DNA from: Balanoglossus misakiensis
Lineage: Eukaryota > Animalia > Hemichordata
Reading direction: 5' to 3'
DNA length: 64,000 nt
Assembly (NCBI GenBank): GCA_040954595.2
Contig: CM082589.2
Span: forward strand, 5,825,186 to 5,889,185
Position 1 is the stretch's first letter, and each line of letters opens with the position of its first letter. The notes under the pieces were generated by a model. The model saw only the letters and a program-made list of their open reading frames with translations. It ran no database searches and was not told the DNA's origin. Made by a program: the position numbers and the translations under genes. Shown here piece after piece: positions 13,401-26,505 of this stretch.

Positions 13401-16400
13401 ATGCCGCTGTGTTAATGGCGCTCGGTTCCGTTGGATGGTTACCGCTTTCATCACACGTTTATAGGGACAGAAGAACTCATCGGTAATCTAATCAAATACC
13501 GCGTTAGGTTATTTGCAAGAGAGCGGAATCGGACGCATGACTCACGTAGGGAATCCAGAAATACGTGACTACACACTTTCAAGTGGGCGGTAGCCATTGA
13601 GAAACATTAAACTGGAAATAACCGTTTTGAATGCGTCAACTACACCAACGCTAAGTTTTTATGCTAGACGTGATAACTGCCATGAAATGGTTAAAATTTA
13701 CCGGTATGGAGAAGTTGTTATGATTTAACTTCGACATTCAAACGCCGGAGCCACGTTTAATGAGAGCGTATGGTGTCGTACATGTAGCTCCGGGCAGGAC
13801 TCGTAACAGAGGGAGGTGCGGTAAAAAGATTGCGTACGAGACGACAATTTAGGACTTCTTTGCTTTCCCATTTGCGATTCTCTTGGATGTCTTGCAAGTG
13901 TGTTTTTACAGGCAGTTAATTTGCAAAATGCGTGAATAAACGGATGCCCCGAAGGCATCCTCACTTTAATCCACCCTTTGTCGAACTCCGAAGTTGCAGT
14001 GCCTCGCGGAAGCTTGTCCACTTTATCGTGTACACTGCCCACGTGATCACAGAACATCTTTGGGCAAGAAACATGGTAGTTTGGGTGGATCGTTTCCAAC
14101 TTTATGCCTATGAACTTAAATCCAATGTGGAAATCGCATGATAAAATGAGCGACGCCTTTCCAAAGTTAGATTTTCCGGAGACCCAGCACTGTACATTTG
14201 CTTTGTATAATCTTTATGATAAAAACGGTTTCTTGTTGGCTCCATCTAAAAGTAAGCTTAATTTGCCAAATATTTTCTATCGTGGGTGTATTCCGACATA
14301 ATGTTGGTGATATTCGGACTTTATCTTTAGTAGATGTGTCCAAAAACAACTACCAATGGTTGAACAGTTATTAAGCGATAGACGTCAATTAACAGTCACC
14401 TCTTACCTTATAGCTGGTGGCCGAAACGCCGGACAGAAACACTGTCTGGGCCACAATCAGGGATATGATCAAATTGAAGTGGATTATATTGTGATCCGAT
14501 CTAAGAGCTCTTAAGTAGAAAAGGAGAAAATAAAAATAATAATTTCCGAGTTCGAGTTACATGAACACCAGTAATGAAAGTTACCAGCGAAGTTAGTACT
14601 TTTCATTGGTGATGATTAAGCTAGAGAAAACATAAGTGTATAGCAGTGCTGTGTTTTGAGTTGACGTGTCTTTTCATATGAAAAGATGTGTAAAAAGCGC
14701 CCAACCTGTACCGTTAATCGTCTATGAAGTAATATACTTACTCCAGCCATATGAACATCATGAGGTTGAGTATCAACGCTATTAACGATATGCAACACCC
14801 AACTGTGGTTATAATGTCCAGCGCCTTGATGTGTGTTTCTGATATCTACATAACAGTAAAAAATATCAAAGTCTCAGATAATAAAGAAAGTAAAAGCAGG
14901 GTTATAGAACCCAGCATGTGTAATATTTGACACAAACGGCGGGGATACATATTCATGAAGGATAATTTCCATATCTGCGTTATGGAAACCAGCCCCGTGG
15001 ATAACATTTTTACAGCTTACTTACATAATTGGCGTATTAAAAGTACGCTCACCCATAAAAATTTACAGCCACGTTAACGCGCCACCCGCGTCAGCGAATT
15101 TCGATTTTCTCTTAAATTAAAATTCAATATTTTAAATCCATGCGTATACAGTAGTACCACGCTTTTTCAGTTCGGGCCCTAGTATCAAAGTGGTTCGTCT
15201 TTTGGAGGATCCAGACGCCTGTGACAAAAAAAAAACTTGGACAAGCGTTTCAGCTTAACCTAGTTTGCTTTGAAAAGATAATGCACGCAAGTAGTGGAAG
15301 AAATTGGCTTTTCGTGTTCCGGCTTAGCGTCTCAACTGTAATCTTGACACTTTCCTGGGGATAAGTTTAATGAAACAGGCATGATACGGTCTACTCAAGG
15401 CGAGGTAATGCGATTATCTCTAAAGGCAAAATTAATAAGTTCGGTATTAAGCGAAATCTTCAACTCGAGGGTTTTGCGGCCATGCACGAGCGCGCCCTTG
15501 AGAATCATGTCGACGAGAAATTCCGGAAAGTGATTCCAGCACTTCTCCATGGTAACCTGGACTTAAATGCCCTCGCTTTACGTCACTGCTGCCCCGGAAT
15601 GCACTGTAGTTTGTAAGTCGAGTTTGATGTCTATTCACGTGTTGTCAAAATGAATGAGTACTCGATGCGAATGTCTGTTTCCGGGTGGTTTTTATCATTG
15701 CAACGGTGACAGTAGACCTGCAGTAGAATTGTTGGCAGCTGCCTGCGCTGTTTTGTCGTCACCTCGCTAACCGAGCCTCTTGTACGGCAAATCGAAGTGG
15801 GAAAGAAGTTGTATGTCTGTCAGAGCAAGATTTTTCTGACATATAGGGCTATAATGACACCCATCCACTCTGAAAAAAGAGCGCAGTACGTCCTTTTGTA
15901 CTTTCATCACATCAAGAATATCACAATTTATGAATATTTCGGTTTGATGTCATTCCCAAATATCCAAAGTCATTTTCCTCACCGAGAACTCTTTGACTTG
16001 CATGAGAACGGCGAAATTTGTCGTGTGGTTGCAGTAACACAGCGTCTGTTCGCCGTCGGACGCCGCTCTGTCTGCTTCACAGCCTGTTTGACTCCACTCC
16101 CTGAAAAGAAGACGATAGTTAGACATGCATGAAGATATGACGCCATAACTGTTATATGTAAATTAGTCTGAAATTGCTTCGAGCGGGTCATGTTCAAAGA
16201 CTGGTATCGTCTACCGTCACAAAAGTAGCATAATTATGTAGATTAATGAGTCAATAACCGTCATTACCAGTACTTATCACAGAAATTGCGTATCGATTTG
16301 CAATCACTATCAGATGCGTGGATGAAATGTCAAATGCGATTGTATAGACATATTAATGATGACGTGTGTGTTGGGGGGGGGGGTTGCCAAGAGAAAATCG

Positions 16401-19400
16401 ACCACTCACCTTCCGCTGTAATCGAAGTAACTGCACAGGGTATGTGCCTTGGTAACCGTTTGTGTGTTCATTATCAGTCGTGTACTTTCCTCTTGGTGTA
16501 CTTCATCGACTCGTGGTGTTACCGTCTACAGGTATATAGAAATGACAAAAACATTAATATATTAATAATACTTTTAAAATGTAAGACTTAGATGTAGCCT
16601 GAATATCGAGGTCTGCAAATAAGTGCGTTAATTTTCATTCTAGTCTTACAGCATTGCGTGCTGTATAATATTGGCAGTTAATTTACTCCACGCTCATCAG
16701 CCACAACTCAGGATTACGCTGTGACGCTGACCAGACTGACCGACGACACAGATCAATACGCGCCTACCTGTTGATGTTGGAAGAGCATCTCCACCGGAAG
16801 TGACGTCGAGACACCGTTGACGAGATAGAAGCAGGACAGTACACCCGAGTTGACTACCGTTTCCCCGTCACTGTCGGCCATGTTGGAACTATGATGGCAA
16901 CATTTCAAGAGTATTAAGAACGCACTGCAACTACACTTTGCGCATGGCATTTTTACCAAACAGGAATTGTGAGGTTTACACTCTTAAAACTTACGTGAAT
17001 TCTTTACTGAACGAAAGCTAGAGAACGCAACCCACGTTTGTGTCTTTTATGGGTATAGCGACTTTAATCAACCGCAAATATTACGAACGTCGGCTGCGTT
17101 TTGCTGCCCGTTTCCCAAATGTCAGGACCCTGTTAGATCGCTGACAGCCACGAGTCTTTACTGTCCGTGACATTTACTTTCCACTTTAAGAGAAAGACAA
17201 CCTAAATTTTGCCGACCCATCAAATGCTTCGTATATACGACTTTTGATTACATTTACATGGTTGTAATGACGCACGTGTACGTTTAGTCAGCGACAAATC
17301 GAAGAATTGCGTTCTGGCTTTATAGACACACGACTGTGCTGTTTGACATGCATTATACCCTTCACCATAGATTATATGCTTTCTCTCAACTACCCTGATC
17401 CTTTGCTGAGATGCCAAGATTTACTTGGACTCTTAATATAATTCTGAGATCTATCTGGATAAACGTCACGTGTACGTTCCTCCACGAACCAATTAACGTT
17501 TTTTCGCTTGCATGAGAACAAAATAGCCAAGGGGTAACTTTTCGATTTAAGCTCGTGGATTTGAGGTACACACCGATGCCTTCCAAGCAAGATGCATGCG
17601 ATGCATAAAGAAAGGTAATTTAAGACATGGATAGTGATACTTCGCCTGTTTTTGGTTTAGCCTGCCTACGGTGTATAGGGACTGTGCTGCACAGGGAATG
17701 TGAAATTTGCTCATTTACATTGTATCGACATTGCAGTCCCCGGGTTTACTGGAACTTTAAAGTACAATTATTTAAGATCGGTAGCTATACCGTCCCCCGG
17801 GTAACTCACGGCAGCAATCATACACACGGAGATTTTAACTAAATGTATAGGAGGCTTAACTTTCATGCCTTTCAAAGGCCGAATGAACAAGATAAAATCA
17901 CAGGCTATTCCTTTGGAGCCACGCTCGGAATACTGAAAAGGTGACTGAAATTGATCAGGATTTGAAAATATCGTGTGCCTTACAAGCTAATCTTAGTCAA
18001 AGGAATTCTGCGTGTGTGAATGACATCTGCAAAATGCAAGTCGGGCTGAACAGAGAACAGTTTTTTTTAAAAACACGAACGCTTCTCCCAGCGCTCAGAC
18101 TTAGTGGGGAAATGTAATTCCTGGCCATTCTCCGCTTTTCTGAAACGTTGCTAAGTGACATATGTCCACGTGATCTGTAACAGGCTTTCTGGAGATCTCG
18201 CGGGAGTTCTTTGGCAGACTTTTCTGCATATATGGCATTGCAGCCTGTATTTATGGAATGAAAGATCGACTGTTCAAAAACAAAATGCAGCACGACGTAT
18301 TTCCCCATGAGAACACTTTCATTTATACAATGTCGCCAGATAAGGAAACGACTTCCACATTTAATCTTTTATCTTGAGTAGACCCGGGGAAAACAGACAG
18401 CTGAAAACAACTTCTCTTTCGAATCATTGATTAACATGATTTAGGGTTATGCGTGTTGTCTCGCCTAACGTGAGATCTGAACGTGATTTAGAGAGTGTGA
18501 ATTGGATGGAGCTAATGCCACAGTATTTTCTGTCTAATACTCTAGGGGTGTCGGTTGAGCGGCATAATCCCCGAGATTAGACCTTATTCATCAAAAACAG
18601 TTGCGTTTCTGTCCAAGAGAGGGCACGGCACCAGATCAGAACTGACAAGAAAAACAAGTTCCCATCAATCACGGGTTACTCAACCATGAATCTAGCGAGG
18701 GGACACGAGCTTCGGTGATTTAGCGTATGTGTTTTTGCGGTCGCGGCGCGATTCATCAAAGTCCGCGCTGATTTGCTTCGATGGCGCGGATGAAATAACG
18801 GGTCTGCGTGTTTCTGTTTTAATCCGAGGGGAATATCGTACATCACTTGAAAAGCAGCACTTTATAATTTGCAGTGATGCTCCAAAAAGTGTTCCTCCCA
18901 TTTCAGAGACGCACTGAACACAAGCGACAGACAATATTAATATGATCTGTTAAAATATTGATATTTAATGCAGTAAAATGTGAAGTTATTGAATCAACAC
19001 TGGACACATGGAATATCAACATTCTACTTACTTCTCTTCCGTTTGATTATTTCGCGGAAAGACGTCTTGAAAATAATAGACCACGACGAAGGCTACGCTC
19101 TTTCCTGTGAGGGGAAAGAATATAAGAAAGACACGAGTAACTAATAATAAATAAACAACATCCCTATAACAGGGAAAAGTTTCAAAGAGTATGAGAGGAA
19201 CTGTTTAAAGATGAACGGCAGAGGAAAGATTGAGAGTAACTTTGATTCACATCTGGATGTCCACTAGGGTTCCAAGAGAATCACTCCTGATGTTACATCT
19301 GTCTATCTTCATGTACAATCAGCAGATTTAAAATTTGTTTCATTTGTAAACTGTCAAAGATAGTGGCGAGTGTGAGAAAGGTGTGATCTTTGGCGTCTCT

Positions 19401-22400
19401 CATCAATCAGCGTAGACAACAAACAGACATGTGACATTACACGTACCAACAAGAATGTCTCTGACGTCACTGGGAACACGGACCACATTGGTGGGTTCCG
19501 GATCGGAAGGCACGGCGGGGGTGCCCGTGTTATTTGCAACCTCGCTCGCCGTTGTCGTGGCGACCCCGTGGTCACCAAATTCGACTTCAAAGTCCGTAGC
19601 GGTTGTCACGGAAGCGCAGAATCGAATTTTAACCGCTGCAAAGAAAAACGTTGGCAATGTCAACGAATACTGCGAAATGCGAGCGAATGATTTAATAGAG
19701 CTGGAGATTGGAAGGAAAATATTTGCCTGTCACCAGAATACCCACACCTTGGGAATATTTGTCATTTGAAAAGAAGGTGCATGTATGCATGGATGCATGG
19801 CGTTCAGCGTTTAAGTGGTACTAGTATTCAGATTGCCATTTTGCCAACAATTATGACAAAATGGCCGCTGCATAACGGACCTATCTCTTAGCACAGTCAA
19901 AGAGTTTCTGGATATACATGTAGTAACTAATTCTCACCTAGAAATCTTAGTTGATGGATGACCCAGTAATCCCCTTGGATTCCTGTAATCGTCGCTTGTA
20001 GGTAGTTTTCAACGGCACGGGCTATTATGAGTTTATCTTCTTCAGTCTTGCAAAATAAAAGAATCAATATGGTACTCCAATGCTAACGTGTTGATTATTG
20101 ATTACAGATTTAAATGCTAAATCGGCAACAGAAATGCTGTTCATTTAGTGAATGTTTAATTTTAGCGCGCAAAATTAATATTTACGCGTGACAACTGGAA
20201 GAGAAAACGATCTAAAGCGGAGACTATTTTTATCTGTAATTATCTGACAAAAATTAGATTTAAACGAGAGACAGGCAGCGAGGCGGTAAATTAAATTCAA
20301 TGGAAACTTGGAAGTGTACGTCTATGCTTATTTGAATATATTTTGTACGCACGGAGAGAAGCTTGTTTTTGGCATATGGCTCGCATTAATTCCATCTCAG
20401 TAGTGAAATATTACCTTTAAAGCCTCTGGGTCTATAATTTCATCCACGACTTTGAAAAGTTCCTGGAGGCGTGTGGTAAAAAGTATATGGCATTGAAATT
20501 ATTAGTAGTGAATATTGCGAGGGCGGGTGAAATATCTCGAGTCGATACAAGGATATATTTTGATTGTAAAAATGTCATTATACACCTTTGTTGCAGTTCA
20601 ATAAAAGCCTGTATTTAAAAAAAATGAAGTTCACTTATTCAACTATGTTTAGACCCCTCGCCCATAAACGAAAAAAATCGATATTGGATCTTGCGCATCA
20701 GGTTGGCAGTCCCTATAAGGACATGCACAGGAGCGCGTGTAATTCAATCCCAGGGTGCATTGCTTCTTATATTACGTCATAGCACCCATGGACATAGGGT
20801 TATGCTCAGTTCCGGTTGCTAAATGGTATGGCAGACGACGTGACAAGTTCGTCGTCGACTTTGTTAACAAGTTCCGGGAAAGTACTGAGTTGGAAAGTTT
20901 AACTTTTGCCAATCTACGGAGCTTATGAACAATGAAGGCAGAATTCAAAAATTTGATGAACTGATGACGAGGAGGTCTATGAAATATACGATGCAGGACA
21001 TTTCAGAGTCTGGAGTTTACATGTTGACATAGGGGCCAGTCACAGCAGTGTTTATTTCCATTCATAAGAAGAGGAATACATGATGATATATGGATGCGTC
21101 ACAAGACATTGCCAAATCACGCAGAGTACACGCATGCCCACAAAGAAACGGACAGCCCGCTGGATGTGGATGTTATTCAGGGTAAGTCATGACTTTTTTC
21201 TCGTTGCCCAACACCAACCGTCGCGTTCATATTTGACGTGTGTATTGTGTCTGGCAATGGGTCAATACAAAGTAGGACGAGTGACGTAATAGTTGGGCTG
21301 TGCTGCGCACCTGTTTTCGGACAGACTGAGCACACCTGTTGCTTGCGAGAAGCAGCACCACGTGGGCCCGGACCGGAAGTAAACATGACCCTGGCGCGCA
21401 AGGCACCATGGAACCGGAAACGCCAGTTGAATGTAATTTATCTGTATATTGTAAGCTGAAGTTCGCAAACCAAGACAGCGTAAACACCTACTTCGATTTT
21501 CCCCTTCGCTTCTTCCAGTGACGTGAGTTCGGGAAACGGTTCGGTGACAGTCGGCATTGTGGTTAGATTTGCAGCGGGCGTTGTAAAAGAAGGCAGGGCT
21601 TTGCGGGGGCTTCTTTTCTGGGAATAAAACGACAGATGTTTAGTTAGTTCTGATTACAAAATATCATATCATATCTGAGTATGTTTCCAACTCATTAAAC
21701 AATGAACTATCAGGAGAGACAAAATTAATTAAGCGAAGTTACCTCCAAAACCGAGTAATTAACATTTGATCAAATGACCGGTACATAGATAAGGTGTTTA
21801 CTGAATGAAAACGCGTATACAGTAAATGATTGACCCAGAAAATAATTCAGGCCTCTGTTGTTTATGCCTTGTGGACTATTGCCCTGCAGCACAGCATTTG
21901 TAGGCTGTATAACGTAAGAACCACGATTTTTCGGTACAAACCACAGCTATGCATGAAACTGCCTATCTAAGAACCTTGATGATATGAGAGCGCTATAGAG
22001 CGATAATTGTTAATTGTTAATGAGAAATTATCATTGCATAGACTAAAATTAAGACTTTGTAAGCTATAACCTTGAAATTTTTTGACTTTGTACTATACAC
22101 AAAAATAATCACATAAATTTTGTAATGCGGTGTTAGAAATGTGTCAAATTACTCTTAAATATAGAAAATTGAGGGCATAACGTGTTAGTGTAAAACCCAG
22201 TTATTATGCCTTACGGCGAACTTTCTGCGAACCATATCCAAGAAGAAAACAACAGCTTGGAAATTGAATTAATTACTTCAAAGGAAACGGTGAAATGTGT
22301 GAACAACGAGCACATTTGTGAAAGATGTGAAATTATTAGCCTCTCGTTTGATTGCCGCCTTCGGCCATAAATATAACGCGCATAAAATATGTTATTTTGC

Positions 22401-24245
22401 GGGTGGAATTTAAAATGAGCAGTGAGTCCCTTAACACCAGCCCTGAACACTTTCCCTTCCGTCTGTGCCTTTCCCGATGACAAATAGTCCAACGCGGGGA
22501 TATTAATTCAATTTACTAGGTGCTAACAATCCTCCAAGTCTCAGACTTATGTATACGCTCTATATTCACTTCGATCGACAGATCGACCGGGTTTCTCTCC
22601 AGTCTCTCTCTGACAGATACAGATTTGTTTTATTCAGTTTCACGTGGACGAATGTGGCATTTAGTTTTTTTTAAATAATGCTGGATCGCTTACTAGTGAG
22701 ATATCTACTACCAACTCATTAATATATGTTTCATAATATTTTTTGGAAAACGCCAAAAACAATGCCGTTCCTACATAGGTTATGTACCATAGGTCTAGAG
22801 TAAGGACAGCTTGCAGAACTGTGGGTCTTCGTGAACATAACGGCAGAAATAAGCCCCCATGTGCTAAAAAATGAAATCAAAAGACAGCGTATTTTCCCGT
22901 CGCAACACGACTTTGCGCCATAGCACTCTGATTTGACATTTCACAAAGCTGGCAGTAGGCCCTACATGTATTATTGTCATCACCTCTGTCTCGTACTATG
23001 TTGGTCAAGACACACGCTGCGGTCGAACTGTTCACCTCAGTCATGTCGTCATTCGAGACATGCGCGGTAATTAAGGGACAAAACCGACGGTCGTAAAGGA
23101 TCGATGCGCGACGCTTTAAACAGCCTAATCAGTGCAACCGTTAGAACTTTAATCTATATCACGCAGCTGTAAGTATTGATTGCGTAGTTGATAATACACC
23201 GGGGTATCGTACATGAAAACGGGTGCCCACTGACAGCTTCAAGCAGATCTGTGTGCTCATGAAAAACGACGGAAAACACAACTGAAGGAGCTAAGACACA
23301 TGTTAAAAGACAGTGTTTGTAAGCTTATTGTGCACTAGATCAGGTCGATGCGTTAATGTTTTACCGGTACTTATAAGTTACCTGGTATAGGTGCTTTACA
23401 TAATATACATCCATGTTATGTCTTATTCCAATCAATTAAAATTAGTAGCACGCCGTAATAAGCCAAGGAAATTCGAATAATTGTGCAGAGAGATTTAAAT
23501 ACTGCATGGTTGAATGATGAACTGTGTTTTTATAACAAATGGGGTTCCCCTCAGCGTTGCCATTCTTGTTTTCTTCATTACTCATGCGCACAACAACTTT
23601 ACTCTTTTTCATCAAATCTAGAGCTTAATTGGGAGCAAGGCATGGTTAATGATGGGTGCAAATATCCCAGAGACTGAGTATAGTAGAATTGCTCGCTGTT
23701 TAACAATTAATTTCAACTATGACGTTTAAATATAATTATTAAAAATCATAAACGGATGTCTTAATTACCATTCGAAGTATTGGTACCCCGCGTCTATCTT
23801 CCGCGTTTTCAGTCGACTCGCCTTCACTGGTTGCCATGGCAGCTACTGGAAGAACAAAATAGACGAAGGGAGCTTTCAGTTAATGAGTTTAGGATCTCTA
23901 TCAAGTTTTCATCGTACTATTTCCACACGATTTGAAAACTCTATCGGATTAGGCCAAAGGGCTAAATATATCCAGATATTTAACGTTAGACCACGTACGG
24001 TTTCGATGACATCATGGGTGGGGGAGAAAATAGCGTTATTCTTTTTATCGCTTTTCGGCACTATCCTGAGATGAGCAGTCACCCGCCACGGGTTTGAGTT
24101 TTATGTATATGTCCTTGCCATCGACATCCCATGGTCCGTTAGAAAATGTTGAACCAGACACGACCCATACTCTATTGGAGTATCTCTTTGACAGCCAAAC
24201 TTACTCACCTGTTAGGACAAGAACTGTGAACACTACGGCAAACAT
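10469..24245 (-). CDS. Adhesion GPCR, GPR133/ADGRD1-like 7TM with GAIN/GPS, about 718 aa, 20 coding exons found
   Basis: Phase-consistent exons: 24245-24209 (signal MFAVVFTVLVLT), 23845-23769, 21617-21492, 20462-20415, 20046-19938, 19635-19447, 19104-19032, 16888-16768, 16525-16410 (LCSYFDY), 16100-15983 (WSQTGC...CYCNHTTNFAVLMQV, GPS), 14845-14742 (TM1), 14509-14407 (TM2), 13039-12819 (FTWMLMEGVHLY, GWGVP), 12657-12591 (CWL, WSFVGPA), 12430-12339, 12106-11938 (LLPILGITWLFG, NSLQGLFIF), 11771-11694, 11278-11158, 10963-10839, 10531-10469. The GPS and 7TM part is secure; N-terminal and C-tail exons are less so. Confidence 0.88.
12745..12780. repeat. (TTCG)n(TTCA)n compound microsatellite
   Basis: Read directly; lies in a GPCR intron. 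Confidence 0.85.
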
Positions 24246-24355
24246 CTGCAAAGAAAAGGGGGGAATTTCTCTCAGTTGTCATTAGGTTGAAATTATCCCT
24301 GTTTGTAGTCGGTGAACGGTGAAAGAAATAATGGCGGCATATCAATACAAGAAAA

Positions 24356-26062
24356 AATATAGCTGCAAGCAGCAATAGCGGGCCCAAGCCAACATAGCAC
24401 AAAGCAACATAGCAGTAAGCATATCTGCTCTGGATGCCAAGATATGGTAAAATAGGTCAAAGGTCACCTGATTTCATGCAAAATTTGGGCAAGAAATTTT
24501 GACCCTATACTGGTCCATGTTCAACAAAAACCAAACCTATAGCCCTATTGGTTAGCCTGGAATTAGGTATGCACATAATTAATGAGGTAGGCAGGTGTTA
24601 CAGGTGACCCCCAGTTTTGGCTTTTCAATTTTAGTCCCAACCCTCCAAACGCCAAGTCTGTACCTGCTCTGGATGCCAAGATCTAGTAAAGTAGGTCAAA
24701 GGTCACCTGAGGTCATGCAAAATTTGGGCAAGAAATTTTGACCCTATACTGGTCCATGTTCAACAAAAATCAAACCTCTAGCCCTATTGGTTAGCCTCGA
24801 ATTAGGTATGCACATAAATAATGAGATATGCAGGTGTCACAGGTGACCCCCATTTTGGCTTTTCAATTTTAGTCCCAACCCTCCAAACGCCATGTCTGTA
24901 TCTGCTCTGGATGCCGAGATCTTGTAAAGTAGGTCAAAGGTCACCTGAGGTCATGCAAAATTTGGGCAAGAAATTTTGACCCTATACTGGTCCATGTTCA
25001 ACAAAAACCAAACCTATAGCCCTATTGGTTAGCCTGGAATTAGGTATGCACATAATTAATGACATATGCAGGTGTCACAGGTGACCCCCATTTTGACTTT
25101 TCAACTTTAGCTCCAACCCTCCAAATGCCAAGTCTGTACCTGCTCTGGATGCCGAGATATAGGAAAGTAGGTCAAAGGTCACCTGAGGTCACCCAAAAGT
25201 TGGGCAAGAAATTTTGACCCCATACTGGTCCATGTCCCACAAGAACGAAACCTCTAGCCCTCTTAGTTAGCCCAGAATTAGGTATGCACATAATTAATGA
25301 GTTAAGCAGGTGTTGCAGGTGAGCCTAAAATTGTGCCTTCTATTTTGGTGCCATTGTGCTCACTGACCACAAGACAGTCACTGTACAGGACTATTGCACA
25401 GACCAGAATTCCACAATAAGACATGGACATAGCTTAACCATAGAGGTATAATTAAAGGTATAAATTTCATAAAAAAATTAATATAAAAAAATCGGTCGAT
25501 TTTTCATACTATTTTTTTTTGCTTAAAATTATTGACAAATGCTAGGCTAGCTGCACAGCAACTTTGGAATTGATCGGCCAAACAGATTTTGAGATATGTA
25601 TGTATATTTATCCAAAATAATCTGTGGTCATAGCTTAACTATGTAAAGTATAGGCCCATGGCTTGGGCGAAAAATATGGAAAATAATACTTAAAAATCTT
25701 CTTCTCAAAATTGACATGGCTTATGGCCTTGACATTTGGCATGTAGAACCCTGGCCATATGGTCCACAAAGCATCTGAACAGAATTTTGATATCTCCATT
25801 CATATGCAAATTAGGCCAAATTGAAAATTTTGCCCATATATGGTCATCAGGTCACATGACTAATTACACATTCACAAGGGTACTGCACCAGCTCTCATAG
25901 GCCTGCACCATTGTGCCAAATGTGAGATTTGTAGGGTCAGCCGTTTTCAAGATCTAGCTGGACAAAAAAACGACACAAGAAGAAGAAGAAGAAGAAGAAG
26001 AAGTAGAAGAAAAACCCCAGTAATACCAATAGGGCCCAAGCCTGCTGGGCTTGGGCCCTAAT
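24356..26062 (-). mobile_element. Non-autonomous Helentron-type element (HINE/DINE-1 architecture), single copy 'A'
   Basis: 5' hairpin TAGGGCCCAAGCC-5nt-GGCTTGGGCCCTA (26030-26060), adjacent (GAA)n microsatellite (about 25977-26010), internal tandem repeats, 3' subterminal repeat GGGCCCAAGCC (24380-24390) and short terminal hairpin GCTGC-AA-GCAGC (24362-24373). Flanks are T-rich with no TSD, and there is no ORF. Confidence 0.75.
24421..25340. repeat. Tandem array of 238-239 bp satellite-like units (about 3.8 copies) inside element A
   Basis: CTGCTCTGGATGCC recurs at 24425, 24664, 24902 and 25140, with near-identical sequence between. Confidence 0.95.
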
Positions 26063-26162
26063 AAGTCTTGGAAGAAACTTCAACTAGACAACGATTGATC
26101 TATCCATGCTGTGCGATCTTTACTGGACAATATGTAATAATGTTAACAATTTGAAAACTCAC

Positions 26163-26281
26163 CTTGCTACGGCAGCTTTCTCTCGGGAAAGACTGAATGT
26201 ATTTGTCTACAATGTGACTATTCCCAGTGACGAGTTGAGTGCAGCCCCTTCACCTTTGCTTCAAAATCAGACAGGAGAGGT
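26163..26281 (-). other. Candidate 5'-UTR exon of the adhesion GPCR
   Basis: Strong donor AAG|GTGAGT (26157-26162) and acceptor TCCTTCCTACAG (from 26282) on the - strand, in the unique spacer between the repeat blocks. The GPCR ATG exon begins directly at an acceptor, so an upstream exon is expected. Confidence 0.4.
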
Positions 26282-26505
26282 CTGTAGGAAGGACAGATCT
26301 TCTACCGACCAGTCAATACCACAACTGTCCGCGTAAAAGTATCTGTTGACTATTTCGTAAGGATTGCCTATGTACACGTTATGCGAAATGAACGAATTCG
26401 TAATCCAGGTGGACCTGGGATTGGCCCGTTCCAATCACGTGGCAGCAAATTACGTATGCGTGTATTACCAGTTCTTACATATATTCCTGATCATGCTGAT
26501 TGCTA

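Noticed and set aside
13725-14141. 124-aa ORF in a GPCR intron
   Set aside because: The TM2 and TM3 exons join directly, and the ORF has no recognisable homology.
17220-18934. ORFs at 17.2-17.6, 18.0-18.3 and 18.7-18.9 kb as extra GPCR exons
   Set aside because: Exons 19104-19032 and 16888-16768 already join in phase; these ORFs lack matching splice phases or GAIN-like sequence.
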